Positions 63,248-64,000 of a stretch of DNA of 64,000 bases are shown here, one piece after another. The notes below the pieces were generated by a model, which did no database searches, was not told the DNA's origin, and worked only from the letters and a program-made list of their open reading frames with translations. This DNA is from Lingula anatina. Its lineage: Eukaryota; Animalia; Brachiopoda. The position numbers were made by a program, and so were the translations under genes. Location: assembly GCA_051362555.1 (NCBI GenBank), contig CM120645.1, forward strand, positions 4,278,001 to 4,342,000. The letters run 5' to 3'. Position 1 is the stretch's first letter, and the number at the start of each line of letters is the position of its first letter.

Positions 63248-64000
63248 ACAGCACATTCGCTTAATACAGATTCGAGAAGCAAGTTGCAGGCGTTAGTATG
63301 TGATAATGAATTCACAATCCAGTTAGATAAAATATACCACCCACAACTTTACGATGACAGACAGCGATTCGGGGGCACTCTCTGTGAGTATCTATATTGG
63401 TTTTTGTCAATGGTTATTCAAAATATTGTTGAAAACTGATGGTTCGTTTTGCAGTATTGACATGATGAAAACATTGAAATGCGTGCTTTTGCTTGAGATT
63501 TAACTGTCAGAGGGTTGTATGTCTTAATAACTGGTTTTGGGACAGTTTTTCGTCTTTTTATCGTAGGTTAAACATGGGCTTCTTTATTTATTCAAGAATA
63601 GTTTGGCAAAATACCATTATTTTAAGTTCGTTAAGACGTAAATTGTGTCTTTATTTTTTTAAAACAAAGTTCAGTTTAGAAATCTTGAATTGGAACTCAT
63701 GGAAGCTCAGAATGACTTTTGTATTAATTTTTAGAATAATTTCATTATTTTTCAAATGTCAAGCTTTTCAGGAAAAATTGTGCATTTGGCCACCTTTAAA
63801 TAGATAAATATAAAACACATTCCATGAAAAATCAATATAGGTTTTTGATCACTTGTTTCATTTTTAAACTGTCATTAATGAAATTAATAGGAATGTTCGT
63901 GCAAAAGTACTTGTATACTACAACATCAACAGCAACTTCAGGATTAAAAACACCTTAAATTCACCAAAATTCACCAAAATTTTGATCAGTAATAATGTAA

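Overview
AT-rich, intron-rich animal genomic DNA; the repeat repertoire suggests a lophotrochozoan, possibly a mollusc (inference). Four protein-coding loci can be reconstructed by hand with consistent splice phases. (1) The first coding exon of HCFC1 (minus, 256-415). (2) A divergently transcribed, about 700-aa LRRC74-like LRR protein with two C-terminal EF-hands (plus, 4980-25628). (3) A 180-aa secreted protein with 12 cysteines in two modules resembling the PCSK9 C-terminal/resistin fold but with no protease domain (minus, 29812-36189). (4) A complete DNM1L/Drp1 gene (minus, 46087-63103). Introns and intergenic DNA contain many non-autonomous DNA transposons with readable TIRs and TSDs (Helentron-like, Academ-like, IS3EU-like, CACTA, hAT, Harbinger-like) and a Penelope relic with a degenerate hammerhead ribozyme. 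The most unusual signals are a 7x76-bp minisatellite that multiplies a coding exon's 5' splice site (only the first donor avoids an immediate stop), the protease-less PCSK9-CHRD-like protein, and several in-frame microexon candidates in LRRC74 and Drp1. All gene models are manual; no transcript or database evidence was available.
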